From: Macrostomum lignano
Lineage: Eukaryota
Direction of reading: 5' to 3'
DNA: 64,000 nt
Assembly: GCA_002269645.1 (NCBI GenBank)
Contig: NIVC01000040.1
Span: 682,001 to 746,000, forward strand
Shown here piece by piece: positions 38,701-51,944 of the stretch (position 1 is the stretch's first letter; each line of letters starts with the position of its first letter). The notes under the pieces are model-generated. The model saw nothing but the letters and a program-made list of their open reading frames with translations. It searched no databases and had not been told where the DNA came from. The translations under genes and the position numbers were made by a program.

Positions 38701-41700
38701 ACCGTCGCCAATTCCGCAAATTTCAATTAAATCGGCGCGCGACAATTGCAACATATCGGCGCCGTTGTATTGTTGAAATGCGCGTATTAGATTAGGCGAA
38801 AACCGATTGCGCTCCAGCCAATCGGACACCTGCTGCGGAGAGCTAGCGTCCGTCAGAGGCTCAGGCGGAGACGCTGAAGGACCAGCGGCGCTAGACGTCT
38901 CCGGCGTCTTCGGGTCGCAGTCACTACCGCTGCCACCGCCGCTGGTGCCAACAAAACCCGACGGTGAGTGTCGATTGCTGGCCGATGCGACACCGCTGGA
39001 GCCACTGCAGCGAGCCTCTTGCTTGCTGCGGGTGACAAATAAGCACAATTAACAACGGAGTACAGTTCGAAATCCACTAAATGAAACTGCCTAATCTCCT
39101 AATGCAGCTGCCTAATCTCCAAATGCAGCTGCCTAATTTCCTAATGCAACTGCCTAATCTCCTAATACAACTGCTTAATCTCCAAATGCAGCTTCCTAAT
39201 CTCCTAATGCAACTACTCACTCTTCTAATGCCACTGCCTAATCTCCTAATGCAACTGCCTAATCTCCTAATGCAACTGCCTAAATTTACTAATGCAACTG
39301 CCTATTCTCCTAATGCAACTGCCTATTCTCCTAATACAACTGCCTAATCTCCTAATGCAACTGCCTTTTCTCCTAATACAACTTCCTAATCTCCTAACGC
39401 AACTGCCTTTTCTCCTAATACAACTTCCTAATCTCCTAATGCAACTGCCTAATCTCCTAATGCAACTGCCTAATTTACTAATGCAACTGCCTAATCTCCT
39501 AATGCAACTGCCTTTTCTCCTAATACAACTTCCTAATCTCCTAATGCCTTTACTAATGCAACTGCCTATTCTCCTAATGCAACTGCCTAATCTCCTAATG
39601 CAACTGCCTTTTCTCCTAATACAACTTCCTAATCTCCTAATACAACTACTCACTCTCCTAATGCTATTGCCTAATCTTCTAATGCAACTGTCTAATCTCC
39701 TAATGCAACTGCCTAATCTCCCAGTGCAATTAACCACACTTTAGGAGAAACATTTCTCAGACTTATTCTAAGATTATTAAACTCATAATTATTTAATAGA
39801 ATAATCTTGGTGGCAGCTACCAACATTAGGACATTTATAAAGTCAGAAGTTAAGCCCTGTTACAACTTGGGATGAGAGCCATGTTACCTGCTAATCCACC
39901 CGTGACCTAAATAAGGCAGGAGCAACTGCAGTCGCGTTAGGCAATGGGAAAAAAGAAATAATAGACAGAAAGGCAGTCATTAGAGGCGGGAGCAGGTGAG
40001 AACAGAGCTAAAACTCTCTTTTCTGCTTTTTGTACCAATTTTAGCTGAATTATTATTTTATAAATCACAAAGCCATCCCTGTTCGAATACCGTATTGCTA
40101 ACCTGCATAACCTAGTTCCTAATGCAAAATTTCACTTGCTAAATCTATTATTCCGATGTCGAAACATATTAAAGAATTAAAGACCCTAAATCCCATATCA
40201 TAGATTCGAACTCCCCATATTATAGATCCCAAATACCATATTATAGATAAGAATCCCATACTATAGATCCCAAATCCCAATATCTTAGATCCTGAATCCC
40301 ATATCATAGATCCCAAATCCCCATATTCTAGATCCCAAATCCCCATATCGTAGATTCCAAATCCCCATATCTTGGATTCCAAATTCCATATTATAGATCC
40401 GAAATCCCATATTACATATCTGAAATCCCATATTATAGATTCCAAATTCCATATTATAGATCCGAAATCCCATATTACAGATCTGAAATCCCATATCATA
40501 GATCCCAAATCCCCATATTCTAGATCTCAAATCCCCATATCGTAGATTCCAAATCCCCATATCTTAGATTCCAAATTCCCTATTATAGATCCGAAATCCC
40601 ATATTACAGATCCGAAATCCCATATTATAGATACCAAATCTTCCTATCTTAGCTCCCAAATCCCCATATAATCGATCTGAAATCCCATATTAAAGATCTG
40701 AAATCCCATATTATAGATCCAGAATTCCCATATCATAGATCCGAAATCCCATATCATAGATCCCAAATCACCATATATTGCAGATCCCAAATCCCCATAT
40801 TCCAGATCCCAAATAACAGGCTTTAACGATTTCGATTTACATCAAATAAGATCAAATGACAGTCAGATTGCAACGCTTACATGGACACGCCAGAATATTG
40901 AGCCTGAGCCTGAGCCTGCTGCAGCTGCTGATGCCGCACCAGCGGTTGCTGGGCAGGCCGCGGCAGGTCGCCGATTGAGAAGGCGGCAACGTCGCGCTGC
41001 CCGCTGATATCAATGTCACCTCCGGTGCCGCCGCTATCCGCCCCATCAGACAGCACGTTCAATGGTAAGAATGGAGTATAGGGCAGGGGCGGCTGGTATT
41101 TGCTTCGCTCAGCGTCTGAGCGCTTCTCCACCTTTTCCCTATCGGTCTTGTGCTTCCGGTCGGCGCCTTTCGGCTTGAACACTTTCACCTGGGTGGGGAC
41201 CGAAACAGTTCGACTTTGCTGGCCAACTGGTTCTAGTCGACACTGTCGACACTTCCATCACACTGGCACTCTACTAAATCACACTGGCACTCTCCCAAAT
41301 CACACTGGCACTCTACTAAATCACACTGGCACTCTACCAAATCACACTGGCAGTCTACCAAATCACACTGGCACTCTCCTAAATCACACTGGCACTTTAC
41401 CAAATCACACTGGCACTCTCCTAAATCACACTGGCACTCTACCAAATCACACTGGCACTTTACCAAATCACACTGGCACTCTCCCAAATCACACTGGCAC
41501 TCTACCAAATCACACTGGCACTCTCCCAAATCACACTGGAACTCTCCCAAATCACACTGGCACTCTCCCAAATCACACTGGCACTCTACCAAATCACACT
41601 GGCACTTTACCAAATCACACTGGCACTCTCCCAAATCACACTGGCACTCTACCAAATCACACTGGCACTCTACCAAATCACACTGGCACTCTCCCAAATC

Positions 41701-44700
41701 ACACTGGCACTCTCCCAAATCACACTGGCACTCTACCAAATCACACTGGCACTTTACCAAATCACACTGGCACTCTCCTAAATCACACTGGCACTCTACC
41801 AAATCACACTGGCACTCTCCCAAATCACACTGGAACTCTCCCAAATCACACTGGCACTCTACCAAATCACTGGCACTCTCCCAAATCACACTGGCACTCT
41901 ACCAAATCACTGGCACTCTCCCAAATCACACTGGCACTCTACCAAATCACACTGGCACTCTACCAAATCACTGGCACTCTCCCAAATCACACTGGCACTC
42001 TACCAAATCACTGGCACTCTACCAAATCACACTGGCACTTTACCAAATCACACTGGCACTCTCCTAAATCACACTGGCACTCTACCAAATCACACTGGCA
42101 CTCTCCCAAATCACACTGGAACTCTCCCAAATCACACTGGCACTCTACCAAATCACTGGCACTCTACCAAATCACACGCACTCTCCCAAATCACACTGGC
42201 ACTCTCCCAAATCACACGCACTCTACCAAATCACACTGGCACTCTACCAAATCACACTGGCACTCTACCAAATCACACGCACTCTACCAAATCACACGCA
42301 CTCTACCAAATCACCTGACACTCTCCCAAACCACTGAGCCACTGAGCCAGCTCTCACCTGAGCGGCAACGCTGCACAGCAAATCCCCAGCAGAGTGATCA
42401 AAGGTGTCAATCTGCAGCCGGAACGGGATGCCCTTCTCGCCGCCGTGTTTCCTAGCCGTGAACTCGGTGCTGATGCAGTGCAGTTTAACAAAAACGCCGC
42501 AGTTGACCTGCCTGCCCGTTGACAACATGGCGTTGCTGCTATCATTGCCGCCATCTGCGTCGCAGTCGATATAGCCGCCGTCCCAGATTACTTCCGCGAC
42601 GTTAATCTTTGACGGAACGGCGTACACCTGGCGAGCGTTGTAGGATAGAGCAGCGTCCACGTCTAGGATTCTCTCCCCTGGCCGGCTCTGTCGCCAATAA
42701 TCCATGTGCTCCTTCTCCATGAACTGCATCCGGCGCTCGTGGAAGCTCACTCGAAATACGCTCTTGAAAATGAGGCGATGAAGTTATGACCACTTGATTG
42801 AGGCGCTTGAACAAACTCCTCAGTAGCTGTGGGGGATGCTGACCCACCTACTCAGATGCTTTGGGGATGCTGACCCGCCTCATACAGTAGCTTTGGGGAA
42901 GCTGACCCACCTCATACAGTAGCTTTTGGGAAGCTGACCCACCTCACACAGTAGATTTGGGGAAGCTGACCCACATCACACAGTAGCTGTGGGGGATGCT
43001 GACCCACCTACTCAGATGCTTTGGGGATGCTGACCCACCTACTCAGTAGCTTTGGGGATGCTGACCCACCTCATACAGTAGCTTTTGGGAAGCTGACCCA
43101 CCTCACACAGTAGATTTGGGGAAGCTGACCCACATCACACAGTAGCTTTGGGGGATGCTGACTCACTACCTCAGTAGCATTGGGGGGTGCTGACCCACCT
43201 ACTCAGATGCTTTGGGGATGCTGATCCACCTACTCAGATGCTTTGGGGATGCTGATCCGCCTCATACAGTAGCTTTGGGGAAGCTGACTTATCTACTCAG
43301 TACTTTGGGGGATGCTGACCCACCTCACCCAGTAGCTGTGGGGATGCTGACCCACCTCACCCAGTAGCTGTGGGGATGCTGATTCACCTCACCCAGTAGC
43401 TGTGGGGATGCTGACCCACCTCACCCAGTAGCTGTGGGGATGCTGATTCACCTCACCCAGTAGCTGTAGGGATGCTGACCCACCTCACACAGTAGCTGTG
43501 GGGGATGCTGATTCACCTCACACAGTAGCTGTGGGGGATGCTGACCCACCTCACACAGTAGCTGTGGGGGATGCTGACCCACCTCACACAGTAGCTGTGG
43601 GGATGCTGATTCACCTCACACAGTAGCTGTGGGGATGCTGATTCACCTCACCCAGTAGCTGTGGGGATGCTGACCCACCTCACACAGTAGCTGTGGGGGA
43701 TGCTGACCCACCTCACACAGTAGCTGTGGGGATGCTGATTCACCTCACACAGTAGCTGTGGGGGATGCTGACCCACTTCACACAGTAGCTGTGGGGATGC
43801 TGATTCACCTCACACAGTAGCTGTGGGGATGCTGATTCACCTCACACAGTAGCTGTGGGGATGCTGATTCACCTCACCCAGTAGCTGTAGGGATGCTGAC
43901 CCACCTCACACAGTAGCTGTGGGGGATGCTGACCCACCTCACACAGTAGCTGTGGGGGATGCTGACCCACCTCACACAGTAGCTGTGGGGGATGCTGACC
44001 CACCTCACACAGTAGCTGTGGGGATGCTGATTCACCTCACACAGTAGCTGTGGGGATGCTGATTCACCTCACACAGTAGCTGTGGGGATGCTGATTCACC
44101 TCACACAGTTGCTGTGGGGGATGCTGACCCAACAACTCAGCCTCCCCAGATAGGATAAAAAATCTGTTTAAATTTTACCTTCAACAGCCGCGACTTTTCA
44201 CCCGTATTGTTGTAGTTCATCTTCACTTCGTAAAGCTGGCCTGTGCATTAGTAGGTTACACGATTTGCGTCAAGAGACTTACATTCGATATTTTTCAGAA
44301 CAGTTGAAACAGAATTCCGGTTTAAACCGGTTTCACATAAATGACAGATAAGACTCTTTCAGAGTCCCGCATAAATCAGGGAACTCTCACTTGATATGTA
44401 AGGGAAAATTCAATACAACACATCAAGCTTGACTAATGAGACTTTTTAGGTGATTGCTTTTCGAAGCTGGTTTAATCCTATAAATTTACTAACTTCCTAT
44501 GAAACGCCTCTTCATCAATTTAGCCTAATCTCTTGTAGATTGTTCCTATTGCTCGTTTCAGCACCCAAGGTCGACTCTATTCAATGCATTTTTAATGCCA
44601 TTAAGCATTAAGAAACTCGAATTTCACATCGCTTGGATTGAATGTTACTTGTCTTCTTGTGAGCCCTATCTATTCACTCCCCCTACCTAGTCACTCCCCC

Positions 44701-47118
44701 TACCTAGTCACTCCCCCTAACTAGTCATTCCCCCTACCTAGTCATTCCCCCTACCTAGTCACTCCCCCTACCTAGTCATTCCCCCTAACTAGTCATTCCC
44801 CCTACCTAGTCATTCCCCCTACCTAGTCATTCCCCCTACCTAGTCATTCCCCCTACCTAGTCATTCCCCCTACCTAGTCACTCCCCCTACCTAGTCACTC
44901 CCCCTACCTAGTCATTCCCCCTAACTAGTCATTCCCCCTACCTAGTCATTCCCCCTAACTAGTCATTCCCCCTAACTAGTCATTCCCCCTAACTAGTCAT
45001 TCCCCCTACCTAGTCATTCCCCCTACCTAGTCACTCCCCCTACCTAGTCACTCCCCATAAATAGTCACTCCCCATACCTAGTCACTCCCCATACCTAGTC
45101 ACTCCCCATAAATAGTCACTCCCCATACCTAGTCACTCCCCCTACCTAGTCATTCCCCCTACCTAGTCACTCCCCATACCTAGTCACTCCCCATACCTAG
45201 TCACTCCCCATACCTAGTCACTCCCCATAAATAGTCATTCCCCCTACCTAGTCATTCCCCATACCTAGTCACTCCCCCTACCTAGTCATTCCCCCTGCCT
45301 AGTCACTCCCCCTACCTAGTCACTCCCCATAAATAGTCACTCCCCATACCTAGTCACTCCCCATACCTAGTCACTCCCTCTACCTAGTCACTCCCCATAC
45401 CTAGTCACTCCCCATACCTAGTCACTCCCTCTACCTAGTCACTCCCCATACCTAGTCACTCCCCATACCTAGTCACTCCCCATACCTAGTCACTCCCTCT
45501 ACCTAGTCACTCCCCATACCTAGTCACTCCCCATACCTAGTCACTCCCCCTACCTAGTCATTCCCCCTACCTAGTCACTCCCCATACCTAGTCATTCCCC
45601 CTACCTAGTCACTCCCCCTACCTAGTCACTCCCCATACCTAGTCACTCCCCATACCTAGTCACTCCCCCTACCTAGTCATTCCCCCTACCTAGTCATTCC
45701 CCCTACCTAGTCATTCCCCCTACCTAGTCATTCCCCCTAACTAGTCATTCCCCCTACCTAGTCATTCCCCCTAACTAGTCATTCCCCCTAACTAGTCATT
45801 CCCCCTACCTAGTCATTCCCCCTACCTAGTCACTCCCCCTACCTAGTCACTCCCCATAAATAGTCACTCCCCATACCTAGTCACTCCCCATACCTAGTCA
45901 CTCCCCATAAATAGTCACTCCCCATACCTAGTCACTCCCCATACCTAGTCACTCCCCCTACCTAGTCATTCCCCCTACCTAGTCACTCCCCATACCTAGT
46001 CACTCCCTCTACCTAGTCACTCCCCATACCTAGTCACTCCCCATAAATAGTCATTCCCCCTACCTAGTCATTCCCCATACCTAGTCACTCCCCCTACCTA
46101 GTCATTCCCCCTACCTAGTCATTCCCCCTACCTAGTCATTCCCCCTGCCTAGTCACTCCCCCTACCTAGTCACTCCCCATAAATAGTCACTCCCCATACC
46201 TAGTCACTCCCCATACCTAGTCACTCCCCATAAATAGTCACTCCCCATACCTAGTCACTCCCCATACCTAGTCACTCCCCCTACCTAGTCATTCCCCCTA
46301 CCTAGTCATTCCCCCTACCTAGTCATTCCCCCTACCTAGTCACTCCCCATACCTAGTCACTCCCCATACCTAGTCACTCCCCCTACCTAGTCACTCCCCC
46401 TACCTAGTCACTCCCCATACCTAGTCACTCCCCATACCTAGTCACTCCCCCTACCTAGTCATTCCCCCTACCTAGTCATTCCCCCTACCTAGTCACTCCC
46501 CCTACCTAGTCACTCCCCATAAATAGTCACTCCCCATACCTAGTCACTCCCCATACCTAGTCACTCCCCATACCTAGTCACTCCCTCTACCTAGTCACTC
46601 CCCCTACCTAGTCACTCCCCTTATCACGGAAATCAGGCCTCACCCTGGTTCAAATACGTGAGCGGCTCCTCATTAACTTTGACAGCAGGCGAAGTGCCAG
46701 CCGCCATTACAATCTGGAACTTAGACGAGCCGCTGTCTCTAGCCAGACTGCTCAAGTCAAGCTGTCGCTCTAGAGCTGAAAAATTAGTCGAATCGCTACT
46801 CTCCGGTGAGATGAATCTTCCCGCGCTCGCGGCGCCGCCAACGTCGCCAACAGTCCCAGGCGATAGCGACATAATAGCGTCCGACATGTTGAAAGCTGAC
46901 GAAGATAAATCGACGCCTAAACCAGATAAAGAGCCTTCAAATGTTGCAGCTAAGCCCTGATCAATGTCTTCCATCTGCCACTCAGTGTTTGGTGTCATTG
47001 ATCTTGGCGACTGCTGCTGATGCTGCTGTCTGGAAGAAACAGCCGGCGATGTGTAAATTCCGCCGACGATTGTGCCAGATGATGATGTAGCAGCTGTTGA
47101 AGACTTAGCATAAGCCAT
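35720..47118 (-). CDS. TFCP2: CP2/LSF-family transcription factor (TFCP2/UBP1/gemini-like), 7 exons
   Basis: Exons 47118-46644 (..[18 protein letters not shown]), 44240-44179 (QLYEVKM), 42762-42358 ([39 protein letters not shown]), 41188-40881 ([19 protein letters not shown]), 39025-38622 (SAM-like [35 protein letters not shown]), 37055-36913 ([23 protein letters not shown]), 35836-35720 (stop). Phases 1,0,0,2,1,0 all match. The SAM domain places it in the LSF rather than the GRH subfamily. An additional 5' exon is possible. Confidence 0.93.
35840..36875. repeat. ~56-60-bp G-rich minisatellite, TFCP2 intron 6
   Basis: Unit like GAGCGAGTGTACATTGTGAGAGTGAGGTTGACGGAAGGGGTTGGGGCAGGGTCTAGTA, with two alternating variants. 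Confidence 0.93.
37495..38595. repeat. 31-bp array grading into a related 28-30-bp array, TFCP2 intron 5
   Basis: GATCCGCCCCACACGTATTCACAATAATACA (37495-38130), then AAATCCGCCCCCTCGCATTCACCACAACCCC (38135-38595); both share ATCCGCCCC..ATTCAC. Confidence 0.95.
39085..39725. repeat. 21-bp minisatellite, TFCP2 intron 4
   Basis: Unit CTAATGCAACTGCCTAATCTC; gives the QLPNLLM ORFs. Confidence 0.95.
40190..40815. repeat. ~21-bp degenerate minisatellite, TFCP2 intron 4
   Basis: Unit like TCCCATATTATAGATCCGAAA. Confidence 0.9.
41255..42325. repeat. 21-bp minisatellite, TFCP2 intron 3
   Basis: Unit AAATCACACTGGCACTCTACC; gives ORFs 41100-42455 and 41233-41889. Confidence 0.96.
42820..44140. repeat. 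32-33-bp minisatellite, TFCP2 intron 2
   Basis: Unit CACACAGTAGCTGTGGGGGATGCTGACCCACCT. Confidence 0.95.
44665..46620. repeat. 17-bp minisatellite (~115 copies), TFCP2 intron 1
   Basis: Unit TACCTAGTCACTCCCCC; the minus (transcribed-sense) strand carries a G4-G5 run in every unit. Confidence 0.96.
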
Positions 47119-47599
47119 TCCTGGGTCTGCTGATGCTGCGATGATGTCGATGATGCTGCATAGTTTTTATTGTTGAGTGCAGAGTTGCTTAATGAAGCAT
47201 TATTATTAGACTAGATTGGTGTTTCATGCACATACATGCCCAACACCCGGCCAACCCAGTAAGTCGCAAAAATGCTGACCCGAAAAGATACATAGTACTA
47301 ATTAGATGACGAGGAATTTACAGTATAGTTAACTATAGTTTATAGTTACTCCTGCCGTTTACCCATAATTACGTTATTATTTGCTTTAGGATTTCTTTTA
47401 TAGGTAAGTCGCGATTTTGGTCAAAAAGTCTGTTGCATGGCTGGGTGAAATTTCGAAGTTGGACATGTATGTTCATGCAGCATAGTGTGTGTGTCATGGC
47501 ATATTAACTTGGATTTTGGTATCCTGAATTTTCAACTTTTTGAAAGGCAATGTTTTTTTTAAAGTGGCTTTTTAAAGAAGACTTTCTCAGCTCTGATGC

Positions 47600-47890
47600 T
47601 ACCCATGGGAAGACAATAGAGACCTAACAGTCTGCCAGAACTTTAAGTACCTCAATATCCCAGTCATGCAATCCAATGTCAGCATCCAAGATCAGGCTCT
47701 GTAGAAAGCTTGGCATGCCTCCTACTAACTGCAATAGGTGTTACACTCTAGTGCCATTGATAACACTAAGATCCAGCTGTTTAGCTAGGGGAGCTGTGGA
47801 GCCCATTTAGCACTATGGGCTAGAGACAGCCCTTGATAACAACCTGTTTGCTGCTCTGGATACCTGTAATTCTCTTAGATGCTGCTACCT
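47600..47890 (+). pseudogene. Decayed RTE-clade LINE reverse-transcriptase fragment
   Basis: Broken frames read QNFKYL, KAWHA, IDNTKIQLF and AVEPI*HYGLETA, the same motif order as the RTE at 63014-63699 (FVYLG, LAWAAF, RAALF, AVIETVLLYNAETW). Confidence 0.6.
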
Positions 47891-50133
47891 ACAGCTGCTA
47901 AGCAAAAATATAAAATGAAAATCAAGTAAATCAAGTTTTATACTTTAAACTTATACTTATACTTTGGCTAGGCCTTTGACCTAACTATTAGTAAGTTTTT
48001 GTTTGTTTGAGCATGACTTTAAATTAATTTTTTTCAAAAATAATTTTAGCAATTAGGATTCAAAGGGTTCATAATCTGCATGTTTCAATAGTTTGTTACA
48101 GTAGGGGCCTATAAAAGTTATATTAAGGCCTAAAATATAGCTTAACTAGAATAAATATAGTAATATTAGGCCCTATTAGACAAGGTAAATTGGCCTAGGC
48201 CTACCTTTGCTTACTTTATATTATTTCTTTAAAGACAAGAACCTCAATTTTAAAGTAAAAAATGGTATCTGCATAACTTGATTTGTCATTTTATTATATA
48301 AACAAATATCAGATAAATAAAAAATTCAATTCAATTTTACTAAGCCAAGGCTAGATTTTTTATTAAATAATTTAATCATTAATATTTAAGGATTCATGTT
48401 AGACTTAGGGTTGGGTCTAATAGAATTTATAAAAAGTTATAGGCCTACATTTTGTCCCACAATGCTAAAATACTATTACTACTAGGCCTAGGCCTATTAA
48501 AGCCTATTATTGGGCCCCTATAAAAATTCCAATTTAGATTTAACTAAATAACTTATACCTAAGCTTATCCAGAATCTAGAGAGCATTTTAAATAGTACTA
48601 ACTAATAAGAAATAAGATTAGGCCTATCTTTAATAATAAAAATAGGTCTAGGGTTGTACTAGACTAGACCCTAGGCTTAAGCCCTACTAACCTAATGGGC
48701 TAAGCCCTTAAGCCAATAGATTTTTTAACAATATTTAGGTCTATAGGCCCTAATTTTACTTGGTCTAGTCAATCAATTTAATACTTATAATATATAGCAA
48801 ATATACCAAGTAGCTATATGCAGACTATCTATGAGTCACACTGACTAACTATTTTATTGAATTAAAATAGGTCTTAGTATCTGATAAATTCAGAATAAAT
48901 TCTAGTTCTAGACTTCTAGTAGGCCTAATCTGATAATTAAATCTAAAAAACATATTACGTATGACTAGGGCATACCTTGCCCTAGTCAAATGATACTTAA
49001 CAATTGAATAACTAAAAATTTCAACAAATAGAGTTCATTTTTTGGGTGCTATGGCCTACTTTTCAATAGGCCTAATATAATAGGCAACAATACATAGGCC
49101 TACACATACAGATGCAGATAAAGAAGTTAGGCCAAGCTATTATTCGCTCATGATACTTGTTTTGTAGTTGTAGATAAGGCCTTGGTCCATGGCCTAATTA
49201 TAACAGGCTTAGGCCTACTAAAAATCGTTCACATTCGAAACTTAATCAACTGATCCACCAAAAGCATAGATAGGCCTAATAATCACAACAGAACAGAATT
49301 AATGGTCACGTGATCAGATTCTAGCTTGGCTACAAATTTACCTTACAATCCTTAAGGGCCAAATTAATTTCAGTTGATTTTATAGCAAATAATGATTAAT
49401 GGGTTAACAGCAAGGTCGTCCTTGAGTTAAAGGTGGAAAATTTTTTAAAAGTACAATTTCTTCGAATCTCAAAAGTCAAAATGCTCCGCTCGTTTTAACT
49501 AAATGCTCCGCAGTTTTATGAATAATTAATCAAATCTTTCTTTGAGGAACGGCTTGTCTCAGTCAATTTAATCATAGCTTCGATTAGTGGCGGCGAACTA
49601 CGTTTGGAGATTTATCTAAGTTTGGGATTAATTATCGATTTGGGAGGGAGCGTAATTTATCAAGATAATTATCGGTCGCACTCTATCAGACCATCTCAGG
49701 GTACCGTTCTTCGGCTGGACAGTATAGGCAGTATAGCCTTAGGCCCTATTATCGCAGCTACCGTGAGTATAAGTTATTTGGGGCTATGTGTCAGCGGAAA
49801 TAGAGGAACCAGTCACTCCGCCCGTTAAGAGTTCGCGGACGTTGAGCCTATTTATTCCGCGCCAGACGCTGATTCATTTATCGGTCAAAAGTCCAAGTGA
49901 ATCATAGTCTGCAGTCAGACAAAGACCTAGAGAGACAAAGAGCCCCGCGGAAATCTAGAGTCCCGCGAGACATAGAGCCCAAGGAAATTATAGGGCACGC
50001 GAGACAATCAGCCCATTAATTCCGTTCGGCACTAGATTTCTTATCCGCGATAGACTACTTGTTAGTAGCAAAGTCAAAACTAGATTAATAAATAATTCTG
50101 GACAAGTTTATATATTGTAAACCCTTTTACAGA

Positions 50134-50410
50134 GGGGGCCGTAGCCCAGCGGTAGCGCAGCTGCTCTGGTGTGCCAGCGACCCAGGCTCGATTCCAAGTG
50201 CAGTCACATTAATTTGGGGCCGAATTGGAATTTCGGCTTGGCTCTGCTCGTGCAATTAACGGCCTGAGAGCCAAACCCCCCCAAGGCGCAGTGAAGTGTA
50301 CATGCCTAACGATAATATAAAGTTAGGGCCGCTGTACACTCCTGTGTGAGTGTGTGCCTGCGTACGTATCCGCGCGCTTGTGTGCCTGCGTACGTATCCG
50401 CGCGCTTGTA
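50134..50410 (+). mobile_element. tRNA-derived SINE
   Basis: GGGGGCCG head, A box TAGCCCAGCGG, B box GGCTCGATTCC; body matches the 3119-3235 fragment; tail has two copies of TGTGTGCCTGCGTACGTATCCGCGCGCT. Confidence 0.7.
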
Positions 50411-50486
50411 TGCCTGCTCAGGGGAGTCGGCGGAATGGGCAGTAATGCCTCTCGCCGGTTGTGTGCCTATGTCGCTTAAAGTGCGC

Positions 50487-51925
50487 CAGGGGGTCTATGA
50501 AATTTGCTTGCGAGAAGTTTGCTTGCCGAAGTTTGCTTGCGGGACTTTTGCTTGCGGAAATTTGCTTGCCGAAGTCTGCTTGCCGAATTTTGCTTGCGTA
50601 ATTTTGCCTGCCGAAGTTTGCTTGCCGAGCTTTGCTTGCCGAACTTTGCTTGCCGAACTTTGCTTGCAGGAAATTTGCTTGCTGAACTTTGCTTGCAGGA
50701 AATTTGCTTGCAGGAACTTTGCCTGCCGAAGTTTGCTTGCCGAGCTTTGCTTGCGAAATTTTGATGTCTGCTTTCTAGAAATTTGCAATCACACAATCGC
50801 AAGGTTTTAACTTGCAGAATCATTTTCTTGTTTGCTTGCTTGTTTTGATTGCTTGTAAAGTTGGTCAGTCAATTGTTACTTACTACAGATGCTTTGCAAG
50901 TGGATTCTTATCAGGGTCGACGTAAACTGACTTGACACTAAGCTTTCAAGCTAGGCTTATAGAGTTTTATTCTAAGAATGTAGTATATAGAATGCTTAGA
51001 GATTTAGTATAGGTTGATAGGGATCGGTGACAGTATAAATCTTTGTAGTTCCTGATTTCAGCACGATTGAGCAGGTATGATAATTGCAGTGATGCTAATG
51101 TATAATAATGCATATACTAATGATATTTTAGTATATAAAATGTAATTAATAATCCGCCATATCCTCATACAAAATCATAACACTATAGGCGACTTCCACG
51201 AATCTTAGAAAATGAAAATTAGAAATACAAGAGCTCAAAAATAGGTTCTTTAAGGTTCCGCAAAACTTAGGCTGGCAAACCTCGCAAGAAAATTTCCTGC
51301 AAGCAAACTTCGGCAAGCAAATTTCCTGCAAGCAAACTTCGGCAAGCAAATTTCCTGCAAGCAAACTTCGGCAAGCTTATGTGCAGCAAGCAAATTTCCT
51401 GCAAGCAAAATTCGGCAAGCAAAGTTCGGCAAGCAAAGTTCGGCAAGCAAACTTCGGCAAGCAAAGTTCCGCAAGCAAAATTCGGCAAGCAAAGTTCGGC
51501 AAGCAAACTTCGGCAAGCAAAGTTCCGCAAGCAAAATTCGGCAAGCAAAGTTCGGCAAGCAAAGTTCGGCAAGCAAACTTCGGCAAGCAAAGTTCCGCAA
51601 GCAAAATTCGGCAAGCAAAGTTCGGCAAGCAAAGTTCGGCAGGCAAAATTCCGCAAGCAAACTTCGGCAAGCAAACTTCGGCAAGCAAACTTCGGCAAGC
51701 AAAGTTCGGCAAGCAAACTTCGGCAAGCAAAGTTCCGCAAGCAAAATTCGGCAAGCAAAGTTCGGCAAGCAAAATTCCTGCAAGCAAAGTTCGGCAAGCA
51801 AAGTTCGGCAGGCAAAATTCCGCAAGCAAGGTTCGGCAAGCAAAATTCCGCAAGCAAAGCTCGGCAAGCAAACTTCCCGCAAGAAAACGTCGTACTCCCG
51901 CGCCAGGGTGTACACAACCCCCCTG
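50487..51925. repeat. Pair of 14-bp arrays in inverted orientation around an AT-rich spacer (foldback-like)
   Basis: (GAAGTTTGCTTGCC)n at 50501-50760 and (GGCAAGCAAAGTTC)n at 51283-51885; outer CAGGGGG / CCCCCTG ends; no TSD found. Confidence 0.85.
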
Positions 51926-51944
51926 CCTCTAATAAATAACCCTT

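Noticed and set aside
39081-39744. Leucine-rich-repeat-like QLPNLLM ORFs
   Set aside because: 21-bp intronic repeat; no flanking domain or splice support.
41100-42455. 451-aa NHTGTLP repeat ORF and the Cys-rich ECQCDL 'metallothionein-like' ORF
   Set aside because: 21-bp repeat inside TFCP2 intron 3, bounded by phase-consistent exons.
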